A stretch of 64,000 nucleotides of DNA from an uncultured Gemmatimonadales bacterium. GTDB taxonomy: Bacteria; Gemmatimonadota; Gemmatimonadetes; Gemmatimonadales; Gemmatimonadaceae. Below the pieces are notes generated by a model that had not been told where the DNA came from, did not search any database, and saw only the letters and a list, made by a program, of their open reading frames with translations. Positions 50,019 through 61,464 of the stretch are shown piece after piece. The translations under genes and the position numbers were made by a program. Position 1 is the stretch's first letter. Each line of letters opens with the position of its first letter. The DNA lies in contig CAVPQB010000003.1 in the NCBI GenBank assembly GCA_963707505.1, forward strand, positions 288,001-352,000. The letters run 5' to 3'.

Positions 50019-52292
50019 AGCAGGGTAACCGGATCGCGATCGAATGTGACTCGCAGCCCGTCTCTGGCCGGCACGGCAAATCGCTCCAGAAAATATCGGC
50101 CGACCCGCGTAAGCTCGTGCGGGTGCTCACTCTTGAGCAATACGTGCCAGCGCCAGCGCGTCTTGATGCGCTCGACCGCGCATGGCGCTGGCCCAATTAT
50201 CGTGAGCCCGGGACTTTCCCGCACGCGAATCAGACGGCGCAGCCAGCCAGCGCCGGCAATCGCAAGGTCCGCGACGCTAGACTCGACGCTGCCGCTGAAC
50301 ACGATGTTTGCGAGTCTATTGTTCGGCGGATACGCAGGTTGTACTCGTCCGGACAACTCTTCAGTGACGAACGACATGTAGTCGTGAGTCACGGCGCACT
50401 TCACCGCGTGATGACTCGGCACTCGCGTCTGGATGAGGACTTCACCACCCCGTACACCGCGTCCCGCGCGGCCGGCCACCTGGCTCAGAAGCTGGAAGCA
50501 CCGCTCGCTCGCGCGAAAGTCCGGCAGGTTGATACCGACGTCGGCGTCGATCACTCCAACGAGTGTCACGTTCGGGAAATCCAACCCCTTCGCGATCATC
50601 TGTGTCCCGAGCAGAATGTCGACCTCGCCGGCGCCAACACGATCGAGTATTTCCGCGTGCGCCCACTTGCCGGAAGTCGTATCGACATCCATGCGCGCGA
50701 CACGCGCGGAAGGAAAGCGCTCACAGATCAGTCGCTCCACCTGTTGTGTGCCGAGCCCGCGGCGCCGCAACGTCGCTCCCGCCGCATCGCTTGCACACGC
50801 GCTGCGGCTCTTCCTGATGCATGCAGTAATGACAGACCAGCCGTTCCGGCGAGCGATGATACGTGAGGGTTATGCTGCAGTTGGGACACGTTGCAACGTT
50901 GCCACAGTTCTCGCACTGGACGAACGCGGAGTAGCCGCGCCGGTTGAGCAGCAGAATGCTCTGCTCTCCGCGGTCGAGCCTGGTGCGGATCGCAGCGTCG
51001 AGCGGCGCCGTCACGATTCGCTGATAGTCATCCTCGCCCGCAGTGGTCGCCGAGTCGACCACGGCCTTGCGCAGGTCCACCACAGCAACGCTCGGCAGGG
51101 TTGCGCCGCCGACCCGATCCGGAAGTGACAGCAGCGTGAACTTGTTGGCGACGCGTTGGTCCAGCTCTCGAGCGACGGGGTCGCGCTCCCAAGCACGACG
51201 ACGGCGCCTTCCTGCGTCGCGCGTACGATCGCGGCCTCGCGTGCATGATAGCGCGGTGTCTCGCCCTGCTTGTAGCTGGACTCGTGCTCCTCGTCGACGA
51301 TGATCGCACCGATGTTGCTGAGCGGCGCGAACACCGCGGACCGTGCGCCGACCGCTATCCGCTTCTCGCCGCGCTTGAGCGCGAGCCACGCATCGTACCG
51401 CTCACCATCACTCAGCGCGCTGTGCAGCACTGCGACATCGTCGCCGAACACCGCGCGGAACCGGTCTACCGTCTGCGGCGTGAGCGCGATCTCGGGGACG
51501 AGTACGATCGCGGTCCTGCCGCGGCGCTCGACTATCTCGCGCAACAACTCGATGTACACCAGCGTCTTGCCACTGCCTGTCACGCCGTGCAGCAGGAACA
51601 CCTCGCCCGGACGCGGCCGTCCCCATCCGGTCGATCGCCGCGAGCTGTTCCGCCGTCGGTACGTGTCGCGGCTCGCTCCGTCCTACACGCGTCGCGAACG
51701 GATCGCGCTCGACACGCTCGCGATCGATGCTGATGAGTGCACGCTTCTCGAGCGCCTTGAGCACGGATGGCGAGAACTTGAGCTGCTCCAGCAGGTGCTC
51801 GACGCTCGTTGCGCCGCCCAAGCGACTCGATGAGCTCGAACAGCGCGCGCTGCTGCGGTGCTCGCACGAACGCCTTCTCGCGTTGAAGCAGGGTTGGAAT
51901 GTCGTCCCGTATGCGCACGATGCGGCGCGTCTTGACGTTCGGATGCGGTTGCGCAGCGCCCGGTCAGCGACGCCGGCAGAACGGTGCGCATCACGACGCC
52001 GAGCGGGACGACGTAATACTCCGAGATCCAGCGGCGACAGTGCGAGGAGCCCTTCGTCCAGCGCGGGCTCGGCGTCCGGCACCGCTGCGACCGCCTTGAT
52101 GACGCCTCGACCTGGCGGTGCGGCGTCCAGCGCGACGACTATCCCGATCTCCTGTCTCTTGCGGAATGGAACGAGGACGCGGCTGCCGATTCGCGCCTCG
52201 TGCTCGTATTCCCCGTCGAGTGAATAGACGAACGTCTGGAAGAGCGGCACTGGCAGCGCGACCTCCACCAGACGGCGCGCTGGATCCGTCAC
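50015..52292 (-). CDS. priA: Primosomal protein N' (replication restart helicase); multiple frameshifts
   Basis: [32 protein letters not shown] plus CxxC repeats, [19 protein letters not shown]. Confidence 0.93.
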
Positions 52293-52302
52293 GCGAGATC
52301 CG

Positions 52303-53332
52303 TCATGCCGGCCGCCTGATGACACCGAGTCCGGGCGCATCCACCAGCCTCACCCTGCCATCGGATATCGTCGCACCCTGGAACGGATCGTCGGCGAGCA
52401 GCGCTGCGCCGTCGAAGTCGGCAGTGTCGAGCAGTGGTGCGATCTGCGCTATGGCCGATATCCCGAGCGACGTCTCGATCATGCAGCCCGCCATCACACG
52501 CAAGGTCGTGTGCGCGCGCGACGTGAACGATCCGGACCGCCTCGCGAAGACTGCCGCACTTTGCAAGCTTGATGTTGATCGCATCGCACGCTCCGGCCAG
52601 ACGCGGCACATCCGCGGCCACGAGACACGACTCGTCGGCGATTACCGGAAGACCGCAACGTTCGCGTACGAAGCGCATGCCGTCGATGTCTGCGGCAGCG
52701 ACGGGCTGCTCCAGCGACTCGACGTCATTGTCGCGCAGCATGGCTGCACGTTCGATCGCCTGTGGTGGACGTCCACGCTGCATTCGCATCGACGCGCAGC
52801 ACCTTGTCCGGTGCGGCTTCGCGCACGGTTCGCACGATCTCCTCGTCGCGATCGGTGCCAAGCTTGATCTTGAGAATCGGATATTCCGCCGCGTCGCTCA
52901 CTCGTCGGCGCAGATCCGTCGACATCGTCGATCGCGATCGTAAAGCTCGAAAGCGGGGCGGCGTCCGCGCTCAGTCCCCACAACTTGTGGAGCGGGAGGC
53001 CAGCCTTGCGCGCGTGAAGGTCGTGCATCGCAGAGCTGACGGCGGCACGAGCGGATGCGTTGCCCGCGCAGTGCAGTCGTGAGCGCGACGTCGGTCGCTT
53101 CAAGCGACCACGCTTGCGCGGACTCGATTATGGGCTGGTACCGCTCCAGAGCCGCGACGACGGTATCGGGTGATTCGCCGTAGTAGCGATTGGGGGCAGC
53201 TTCGCCCATACCGCTCACACCGTCGTCGTCGGTTATGGTGACGATCACGTTCTCGTGACCGGCATATCCCCAGCGAGCGATCACGAACGGCAACTTGGTG
53301 TGGAGCGAGACTCGCTCCCACGTGAGGTTCAT
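52303..53332 (-). CDS. Dipeptide epimerase (L-Ala-D/L-Glu epimerase, enolase superfamily); frameshifts
   Basis: GEAAP, KIKLG, RVDAN, EQP, ADES, NIKLAKCG, GCMIE, DFDG. Confidence 0.88.
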
Positions 53333-53342
53333 CGCGCGACGT

Positions 53343-54350
53343 TCAGGACGTGAAGACGAACGACGGCAACGTGCGTGAGAACCAGCCGTTCCGTTTTTCC
53401 GGGTTTGGCGCACCCGTCTGCGCGAGATACTGGATCAACGCGTCAGCCACATCATTGCCGCGTTGATACCGCGCCGACGGATCCTTCGCAAGGCAGCGCA
53501 TCACGACCGCGGAGAGCGCTGCCGGCACGCGAGAGTCGACGATGTCCGGTGATACCGGAACCTCTTCGAGGTGCTTCGACGTTATCGAATAGATGTCCGC
53601 GCCGTCGAACGGCACGAATCCAACCAGCGTCTCGTACATGACGATGCCGAGCGTGTAGAGATCGCTACGGCCGTCGAGCAAACGCCCGCGCGCCTGCTCC
53701 GGCGACATGTAGTGCGGCGTGCCCATCACGTGGCCGGTCCCTGTCATGCGTCCACGGAAGTGCGCGGTCGCGATTCCGAAATCGGTGACGACCGCGTGCT
53801 CGTCCTCGTCGAACAGGACGTTGTCGGGCTTGATGTCGCGGTGCACCACGCCATGCCGATGCGCATAGTCGAGCGCGCTCGAAACCTGCGCGCACACAGC
53901 CGCAACGCGCTCCGGCGGCAGCGAGCGACGACCGGAGATACGATCACCCAGCGTGCCGCGCGAGAGATACGGCATCACCGTGTACACGTGCCGCTCCGTC
54001 ATCCCGAAGTCGATGATGTTGCAGATGTGCGGATGCACCAGCTGCGCGGCAGTCTCCGCCTCGCGCCTGAACCGTTCGCGCATGTCGGCATCGCGCGCCA
54101 GATGCGGGTGCAGCACCTTGAGCACGACGGGCCTGTCCAGCGCGTTGTGCATCGCGTAGTACACCGTCGCCATTCCGCCGTCGCCGATGCGGTGCGAGAC
54201 GCTGTAGCGTCCCCCGATCACGTGCCTGAGCGACGTGATGTCGGCGTCCGGACGCTCCTCTCGCGCCGTTACGGCAGGCAGCGCCGCATCGCAACGAGTG
54301 CACCGCGCGGCAGTACCGCGATTCCATGATCCGCATCCAGGACAGAACAC
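53343..54350 (-). CDS. Cytoplasmic Hanks-type Ser/Thr kinase with N-terminal zinc ribbon
   Basis: CPGC..CTRC; GDGGMATVY, HRDIKPDN, DFG, GTPHYMSPEQ; no TM. Confidence 0.93.
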   Translation of the reverse strand: MFCPGCGSWNRGTAARCTRCDAALPAVTAREERPDADITSLRHVIGGRYSVSHRIGDGGMATVYYAMHNALDRPVVLKVLHPHLARDADMRERFRREAETAAQLVHPHICNIIDFGMTERHVYTVMPYLSRGTLGDRISGRRSLPPERVAAVCAQVSSALDYAHRHGVVHRDIKPDNVLFDEDEHAVVTDFGIATAHFRGRMTGTGHVMGTPHYMSPEQARGRLLDGRSDLYTLGIVMYETLVGFVPFDGADIYSITSKHLEEVPVSPDIVDSRVPAALSAVVMRCLAKDPSARYQRGNDVADALIQYLAQTGAPNPEKRNGWFSRTLPSFVFTS

Positions 54351-54731
54351 CTAGGCGCCCAGCTCCATGCGGACGTAATCGTACGGCGGACGTTCGTCTT
54401 CGCGTTGCTCGATCATGGCCATCGCCTCGTGAAGCTTGCCGTAGTGCACATCCAGCCAGCGCGCCAGCACCACTTCATCGCGGAATATCGTCCCGGGTGG
54501 CGCGGGAACGATCGCACCCTTCGCGCTGAACGCATCCACCACGCGCAGATAATCCGCAAGATCGGCGTCGCTGGGCTCGCTGCGAACGTAAGGGGCGATC
54601 GCAACGACGGCAGCCAGATCACGGTACGTGACGAGCTGCACGCTCTGCTGCTCGAGCAGCGTCGGATCGCCCGCGTCCGCGTCGATCACGCCGTAAAAAC
54701 GCAGACCGGATTTGCTGCTCGCGCTAGCCAT
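54351..54731 (-). CDS. Short GvpL/GvpF-like protein
   Basis: FYGVI, VTYRDLAAVV, VVDA...IVPAPPGTIF and a C-terminal PPYDYV resemble GvpL/F; only 126 aa. Confidence 0.65.
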   Translation of the reverse strand: MASASSKSGLRFYGVIDADAGDPTLLEQQSVQLVTYRDLAAVVAIAPYVRSEPSDADLADYLRVVDAFSAKGAIVPAPPGTIFRDEVVLARWLDVHYGKLHEAMAMIEQREDERPPYDYVRMELGA

Positions 54732-55545
54732 GCGCCATCGCCGGCATGGCGTGCGGCCACTTCACTCCCTTGATGATCGAGAAGTTCATTGACCGCTCGC
54801 GCGAGAGATCGCGCAGCAATTCAGTCTCGCGAACGAGCGCCTGGCGCGCTTCCGCCCAACCCGACCTGCGCAGCGCACGCCCCATGATCTGGATCTTCGC
54901 CTGCCAGTTGAGACGCGGCGATGCATCATCGCCCTCCTGTGCGAGCTCGTCGTCGCACTCGTTGGTCCAGTCCTTCACCTGGATGTCCACGACGCCCGCC
55001 TCGCGCAGCATCTGCTTCCACTCGACCACCATGCGCGGACGTAGCCCCAGACGCTCGACAACCAGCTCTCGGCGCGACTCCGAAAGCTCGGAGCTCCATG
55101 TCAGTTGGAGAAGCACTACCGAGCCCATCGGCTTGGTGACCCGCGCGAGCTCAGCGACAGCCTTTCCAGTGCTCGAAGCAGCGGCGATTTCGGGCTCGCC
55201 GATGGCGGCGTCGAATACACCAGTCTCGTACGGCAGATCGTCCAGCTGTGCATGCTGGTAGCTCAGACCCAGGCCCGTTTCACGCGCGTGCTCCTCGGCC
55301 TGCGTGATATCTTCATCGTCCGGATCTACACCGGTTACCGATGCGCCGGTGCGGAGGGCCAGCCATTCCGTGGTAACACCACGCCCGCAACCGGACACGA
55401 CGACGTCCTGCCCCTTCTCGAGGTCGGCGAGCCGGGCGACCTCGCGGTAGAGATCCTCTCCCGTAGCTCGCCAGCGGTCGATGATCGCCATTTGCACCAG
55501 CCGCAACACTGCCGGCGCCGGGGTGGTTCTATTCCCTTCGGGCAT
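54724..55545 (-). CDS. Class I SAM-dependent methyltransferase
   Basis: VSGCGRG, VTGVD, LPYETGVFD, ELARVTKPMG. Confidence 0.8.
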   Translation of the reverse strand: MPEGNRTTPAPAVLRLVQMAIIDRWRATGEDLYREVARLADLEKGQDVVVSGCGRGVTTEWLALRTGASVTGVDPDDEDITQAEEHARETGLGLSYQHAQLDDLPYETGVFDAAIGEPEIAAASSTGKAVAELARVTKPMGSVVLLQLTWSSELSESRRELVVERLGLRPRMVVEWKQMLREAGVVDIQVKDWTNECDDELAQEGDDASPRLNWQAKIQIMGRALRRSGWAEARQALVRETELLRDLSRERSMNFSIIKGVKWPHAMPAMAHG

Positions 55546-55555
55546 CTGTCGAAAG

Positions 55556-56504
55556 CTACCCGGCTGGCGGCAGGCCGGCGAGTGCACGCATGTGAACAAC
55601 CACCGCTTCCGCCAGTCGAAGCGGCGTGTAGCCGCCTTCCAGCGCGCTTACGACTCTTCCGCCACAGGCAGCGTCGGCGCGTGAGGTAACGAATCGCGTC
55701 AGCCGGTCTACATGTTCCATCTCCAGTGTAAACCCGCCTATCGCGTCGCCCGCGAGACAGTCGAAACCCGCGGAGATGAGGATCAGCTGAGGTTGAAAGT
55801 CGTCGGTCAGCGTGTCGAACGATCGTTCGAATGTCTCGACGTACTGCATTGGATCGAGGCCGGCCGCCATTGGTGCGTTAAGCACGGTTCCGTGCGGCCC
55901 GTGATCGGACGCCGCACCGGTACCGGGATAGAATGGCCACTGATGCATGGACAGGAACCGAATGGCCGGGTCGTCCTGCACCAGGGCCTGGGTGCCGTTG
56001 CCATGATGGACGTCCCAGTCGACGATCAGAACGCGCTCGAGATTGTGAACCTTGCGGGCGTAGTGTGCGCCGAGTGCGACGGTTGCCGAAGATGCAGAAA
56101 CCCATCGCGCGGTCGCGGACTGCGTGGTGGCCGGGCGGCCGGATGCCGGAGAAGCTGCGCGTCGCGCGTCCATCCATCGCCATGTCGACAGCGTCGAGCA
56201 CGCAGCCCGCCGCGGCGGTTGCTGCGTCCCAGGAGCCCTCGCTTGCGACGGTGTCGATGTCGAGCCGTCCACCGCCGGCGGCAGAGAGTGCCCGGACAGA
56301 TTCGATGTAGGCCCGGTCGTGTACGAGTGATAGCTCGTCGACCGTTGCGTGACGTCCTTCGACGTGCTCCAGTTGCTGAAACAGCTCGAAGTCGTTGCGC
56401 ACGGCGCGCATGATCGCGACGAGGCGTCCGACGTGTTCCGGATGTCCCCATCCGGTGTCGTGACGTCCGCAATCGGAGTGGGAGATGAACGCGGTGCGAT
56501 GCAT
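55556..56504 (-). CDS. Histone deacetylase-family (Zn) deacylase; frameshift near 56080
   Basis: HPEH..RL, RPPGHHA, GFC, DWDVHHGNGTQ, SAGFD, LEGGY. Confidence 0.93.
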
Positions 56505-56557
56505 GTGGCCCGTGCGTGGATGGCGGATTATAGGGCGGGCACGGGGACCTGACCCTG

Positions 56558-56890
56558 CTACGACCTTACCGGACGCCGCCTCCGGCGCGCGACCAACAGC
56601 GTCGATCCGTCCAATACTCCGGCTTTGGACAGCGAAATTGACTCGTCGAATATCTCGCAGCCGTTCAGCTTGACGGAGAACTCGTCGGGGAACAGGGCGT
56701 CGGGGATCAACGCGTTCAGCGCGTACATCTTGGCGGTGCGAATCGATTCCGAGGGCCGCGCGTCGATGCGCACGACGTCCCATACTTCCTGAGCCTGCAC
56801 GCGGAAGCTGAGTACGTTGCCGGCGCTGAGCTCTCCGATCGAAACCACACCGTCTCGCGCGCGCAGCGAATTCGCGAACGTCGCGCTCAT
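56558..56890 (-). CDS. Small protein with probable ubiquitin-like (YukD/EsaB-like) fold
   Basis: Pattern ESIRTAK...LNGCEIFDESISLSKAGVLDGSTLLV resembles the ubiquitin C-terminal half; no terminal GG. Confidence 0.55.
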   Translation of the reverse strand: MSATFANSLRARDGVVSIGELSAGNVLSFRVQAQEVWDVVRIDARPSESIRTAKMYALNALIPDALFPDEFSVKLNGCEIFDESISLSKAGVLDGSTLLVARRRRRPVRS

Positions 56891-57222
56891 GCCGTCACCG
56901 TCGATGACTCGGGCAGCTCGAGTGGTATCGCGCCTACTCCTGGCGGATCAGCAGTCGGCAAGGAGGAAAGGAACCGCGCTACCTGTTGATCGAACATGTA
57001 TGTCGACCCCGATACAACGGTGAGTCCGTCTCGCTGCATCACGCCGATCACCAGCTCTTCGCCGCCCATGCCTCGCATCGAAACGAAAGTCGGTCCTTCC
57101 ATGTCGAGGAAGGCGGTATAGATCGAATTGCGTCGTGAAAAGAAGCGCTTGGCTGCATCAAGCACCTCTGCGGGGGAGAGCGGAGTGAGCGTCTCCTGAA
57201 GAGTTCTATCTGTCTGCGCCAT
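56887..57222 (-). CDS. Hypothetical protein
   Basis: 111 aa ORF with ATGA overlap to the Ubl-like gene; TAGATT 6 nt before ATG. Confidence 0.7.
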   Translation of the reverse strand: MAQTDRTLQETLTPLSPAEVLDAAKRFFSRRNSIYTAFLDMEGPTFVSMRGMGGEELVIGVMQRDGLTVVSGSTYMFDQQVARFLSSLPTADPPGVGAIPLELPESSTVTA

Positions 57223-57261
57223 GCGCGAAATCTAACCAGCGACGCCCGTGGGCGGCCAGAG

Positions 57262-58772
57262 TCAGGACTCCAGCAGGGACTCGATCTTTCGCGTGAGCGG
57301 CGCGAAGCTGATTTCAGCGCCCGCAGCGCGCAACCCCACCTCGCTCGCGCTCTCCCGTTGCCCTTCCGCGAACAGCTCACCGACAATCCACGGCCCTGCC
57401 GCCGGATTTCGCCACCAGTCCTCATCGAACCGATTGACGAGTCCTTCATCCAGCAGCGCCTGGAGCTGCCATGCGCGCAGATACCGCGTCGAGTAGAAGC
57501 GCGAATCGAGATCGATGAATGCGTCGGCCGGGCGATACTGGAATCCCGTCGCGGCGGCGAGTATCTCGACGTAGATGTCCGGCAGCGCTTTCCAATCCAC
57601 GGCCCCGCTGTAAACCTGTATCTCGTAAAGGAGCTTCGCGCAGTAGCGCCTTACGAAATGCAATTCCTCGAAGCCTGCAAGTCGCAGGTAAGCAGCTGCG
57701 CGCTTTCCATCCACCCCCGTGTAGCGTTGCAGCCACGCGCGCTGTTGCATCCGATGATCGAACAGCATTGCGTAACTCTCGGTGACTGAATTGTCGCCGA
57801 ACCAGCGATACTCGAAGGGATAATCCGCGCGCACGTTTCCGAAATGGAGCGCATGTCCGAGCTCGTGCAGAAACGTGCCGTAGTCCGATTGGCCGCCGTG
57901 CGGGCGCAGCACCAGATATACCTCATCGGGAATGCGCACCGGCGAACAGAATGCGCGCGGCCGCTTGCCGGGCCGATCGCCTATGTCAAACGTGATGCGT
58001 CCGGTGGCGTTCGCATCGATGCCCATCTCCGCGCAATTGCGGCGGATGACACTCTCCATAGCCGATTCTGGAAATGCGTCGTCGAACTCGCGCAGTCTGA
58101 ACAGCGCGAGCGAGTCTGCCCGCGTCGCCTCGCCACGCGGGACGCCGAATGCCCTGAGGCGCTCGTCCAGCACCGAGCTCCACATTGCATCGGTGTCGTG
58201 GAGGAACCCCTCGCACTCGACGGCGAGCGCCGTGAGCGATATGCCACTCAGTGCCTCGAACGTCGAGTTGTATCCGGCGGTGATGCCGAGCGCTTCGACC
58301 GCGTCGCGCTCCCGCTGAAGTCGCTCGAGTCGCAGCGGCGCGAATGATCTCCTCGACCGTCCTCGCGCGCGCCGTATCAATCGCTCGCCGCTCCGCCGCG
58401 TCGCTGCTGTTCGCAATGTCGATCGCCGCTCGCTGGTACGGGATGACGCGACCGTCGGCAACTCGAATGACGGTATCATTCTCCAGCGCGACTTCGCGCT
58501 CGTCGAGCGCGGCAAGTTGTCGGCCGACACGCGACTCAACCTGCCACTCGAGCATCATGCGCGCTGCCCGTGCGTCTTCCGAGTCGGCAGCAGCGTCACG
58601 GAATCGCACGTATGCACTCCGCGAGAGTGTCGTCGCTCAGTATATCGCCGTACCGCTCGTAGATCGCCTGCAGCTCTGCTTCCGGCTTGAGACCGGAGTA
58701 CGCGAGATAGCTCTCGCGCGACACGTCTTCGGTGAACGATTGCGCGCGGACCCGCAACCGTTCCAGGTTCAT
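57262..58772 (-). CDS. M3-like zinc oligopeptidase; frameshifts near 58630 and 58345
   Basis: RPGKRPRAFC, HELGHALH, TESYAM. Start MNLERL overlaps the glyQS stop. Confidence 0.8.
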
Positions 58773-60112
58773 CGCGCGAGCCGGTCGCGAAGATAGCGTG
58801 CAATCTCTCCCGTGCTCACACGATCCTGCGCCAGCGTGTCGCGATTGCGAACGGTAACTGAGTTATCCGCAGCTGACTCGCTGTCGACGGTGATGCAGAA
58901 CGGAGTTCCGACTTCGTCCTGTCTGCGATATCGCTTGCCGATGCTGCCCGACTCGTCGTAATCGACCGGGAATTGCGGGCGCAGACCATCTGCGATGGCG
59001 TGAGCCATGTCGGGCTGGCCGTCCTTCTTTGTGAGCGGGAATACCGCGGCCTTGATCGGCGCGAGTGCGGGATCTATGCCAAGCACGACACGCCCTTCGT
59101 CCTCACCCGGAACGCTTTCCTCACGGTACGCGTTGACGAGCACTGCAAGCATGACGCGATCCGCGCCGACCGACGTCTCCACTACCCATGGGATGTAGCG
59201 GCGATTGTTCGCCTGATCGAAGTATTCCAGCTTCTTGCCGGAGAAGTCGGTGTGCTGTTTGAGATCGAAATCGCCGCGATTGTGCACGCCCTCGATTTCC
59301 TGGAAGCCGAGCGTGCCACCAAAGTCGAACTGCACGTCGAACGCTGCCTTGGCGTAGTGCGCGAGCTCGTCGGGCGTGTGCTGATGGAATTCCAGCCGCG
59401 CTTCGGTGAGACCCAGAGCACGATGCCATGCCATGCGCTCACTCTTCCAGTAGTCGAACCATTCGGACGACTTGTCGGGATCGACGAAGAACTGCATCTC
59501 CATCTGTTCGAACTCACGCGTGCGGAAGATGAAATTTCCCGGCGTGATCTCGTTGCGGAACGCCTTTCCGATCTGCGCGATTCCGAACGGTACTTTCTGG
59601 CGCATCGACTGCTGCACATTCAGGAAGTTCACGAAGATTCCCTGCGCCGTTTCGGGACGCAGATAGATCGTCGCGGCGCTCTCCTCGACCGCGCCCATGA
59701 ACGTCTTGAACATCAGGTTGAACTGACGCGGCTCCGTAAGCTGGCATTCCGCAAACTCACCAGGATGCTTGCTCGGCTTGCGTAGACAGCGCGCGTCCTC
59801 CAGCTTGTCCGCGCGAAAGCGCCCCTTGCAGGCCTTGCAATCGACCAGCGGGTCCACGAAGCCGGCGACGTGGCCACTTGCTTCCCACACACGCGGATTC
59901 ATGAGAATCGCCGCATCCAGGCCTTCGACGTCGTCGCGCGAGCGCACCATGGCGTGCCACCAGCGGTCCTTGATGTTTTTCTTGAGCTCGACGCCGAGCG
60001 GACCGTAATCCCATACGGATCCCGTGCCGCCATATATCTCGGATGACTGGAAGATGTAGCCGCGCCGCTTGCACAGGGACACGAGCTTCTCCATCACGTC
60101 CGGGTAATTCAT
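58769..60112 (-). CDS. glyQS: Glycine--tRNA ligase (homodimeric alpha2 type)
   Basis: DYGPLG, YLRPETAQG, FRNEI, RTREFEQME, SIGKRYRRQDEVGTP. Confidence 0.97.
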   Translation of the reverse strand: MNYPDVMEKLVSLCKRRGYIFQSSEIYGGTGSVWDYGPLGVELKKNIKDRWWHAMVRSRDDVEGLDAAILMNPRVWEASGHVAGFVDPLVDCKACKGRFRADKLEDARCLRKPSKHPGEFAECQLTEPRQFNLMFKTFMGAVEESAATIYLRPETAQGIFVNFLNVQQSMRQKVPFGIAQIGKAFRNEITPGNFIFRTREFEQMEMQFFVDPDKSSEWFDYWKSERMAWHRALGLTEARLEFHQHTPDELAHYAKAAFDVQFDFGGTLGFQEIEGVHNRGDFDLKQHTDFSGKKLEYFDQANNRRYIPWVVETSVGADRVMLAVLVNAYREESVPGEDEGRVVLGIDPALAPIKAAVFPLTKKDGQPDMAHAIADGLRPQFPVDYDESGSIGKRYRRQDEVGTPFCITVDSESAADNSVTVRNRDTLAQDRVSTGEIARYLRDRLAR

Positions 60113-60115
60113 TCT

Positions 60116-61402
60116 TTACAATCCGATTATCTGGTCGCGTCGCGTTCCGACGCTGACATAGGTGATTGGCGCTTCGACAAGCTGCTCGATTCTATCGAGA
60201 TACGCACGCGCAGCGGCTGGAAGATCTTCCAGCGTGCGCGCGTCTGCCGTCGACGTGCGCCATCCGGCAAACGTTTCATAGACGGGCTCAGCGTGACTCA
60301 ACATGGTGAGATCGCCGGGAAATTCGGTGAACACGTCCTGGCCCACGCGATACGCGGTGCATAGTTTGACCTCGTCCAGCGTATCCAGCACATCGAGCTT
60401 GGTGACTGCGAGATCCGTGAGTCCGTTGACGCGAACCGCGTAACGCACGACGACTGCGTCGAACCATCCGCAGCGCCGCGGACGTCCGGTCGTCGCGCCA
60501 AACTCGTTCCCGAGCTTGCGCATCTCCGACTGCAGCGGCTCAGCGAATTCCGTTGGCAAGGGTCCGTGTCCGACGCGCGTCGTGTACGCCTTGACGACGC
60601 CGAGGCAGCGAGTCGAGCGAGCTCGGTGCGATGCCCGACGCCGACTGCCGCACCGCCCGACGTCGTGGTGCTGGACGTGACGAACGGATACGTCCCGTGA
60701 TCGACGTCGAGCAGCGAGCCCTGCGCGCCCTCGAGCAGAACCGCCGCACCGCTGCGCTGCGCGCGATGAATTGCGAGCCCGACGTCATCGGCGAGCGAGA
60801 GCAGCCGCGGCGCGAGACGCTCCAGCAGCGCCGATCGTGTCGTCAACCGATGCGCGCTCTGTGACGCCCCACGCGGCAAGCTGCGCATTGGCGTGCGCGA
60901 CTGCGCGCTTCGACCATCGGGACGCAGAGAATCCGGATGGCGCAGGTCGAGCACGCGCACGCCGCGGCGCGCGATCTTGTCCTCGTACGCCGGTCCGATT
61001 CCGCGGCCGGTGGTGCCGATCGCGTGGCTCGCGGCACTGCTCGAGTCGACCAGCTTGTGGTACGGGAGCACGAGGTGCGCGCGGTCGCTGACGTAGAGCC
61101 GGCCCTCGACGTCCACGCCGTCGGCGCACCAGCTCGTCTATCTCGGTAAAGAGCGTTTCGGGATCGAGCACGACGCCGTTGCCGATGGCGCACCGAACGC
61201 CGGGGTGCAGGATCCCGCTCGGAATCTGGTGCAGCACGAACGACGTGTCGCCCAGGTCCACCGTGTGGCCGGCGTTGGCGCCGCCCTGATAGCGGACGAC
61301 CCAGTCGGCGCGCTCCGCGAGCACGTCGACCAGCTTGCCCTTGCCCTCGTCTCCCCATTGCGCGCCGACGACTACGACGGTGCGTGTATTCGAATCGAAC
61401 AT
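60116..61402 (-). CDS. purA: Adenylosuccinate synthetase; multiple frameshifts
   Basis: [58 protein letters not shown]. Confidence 0.96.
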
Positions 61403-61429
61403 GTCAACCCGCGGCGACCCCGGAAACAC

Positions 61430-61461
61430 AAAAACGCCCCGACTGGCGCGGCGGGGCGTTT
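61430..61461 (-). terminator. Terminator-like hairpin with U-tract between kinase and purA
   Basis: Minus strand AAACGCCCCG-ccgcgccagt-CGGGGCGTTT followed by TTGTG. Confidence 0.7.
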
Positions 61462-61464
61462 GTT

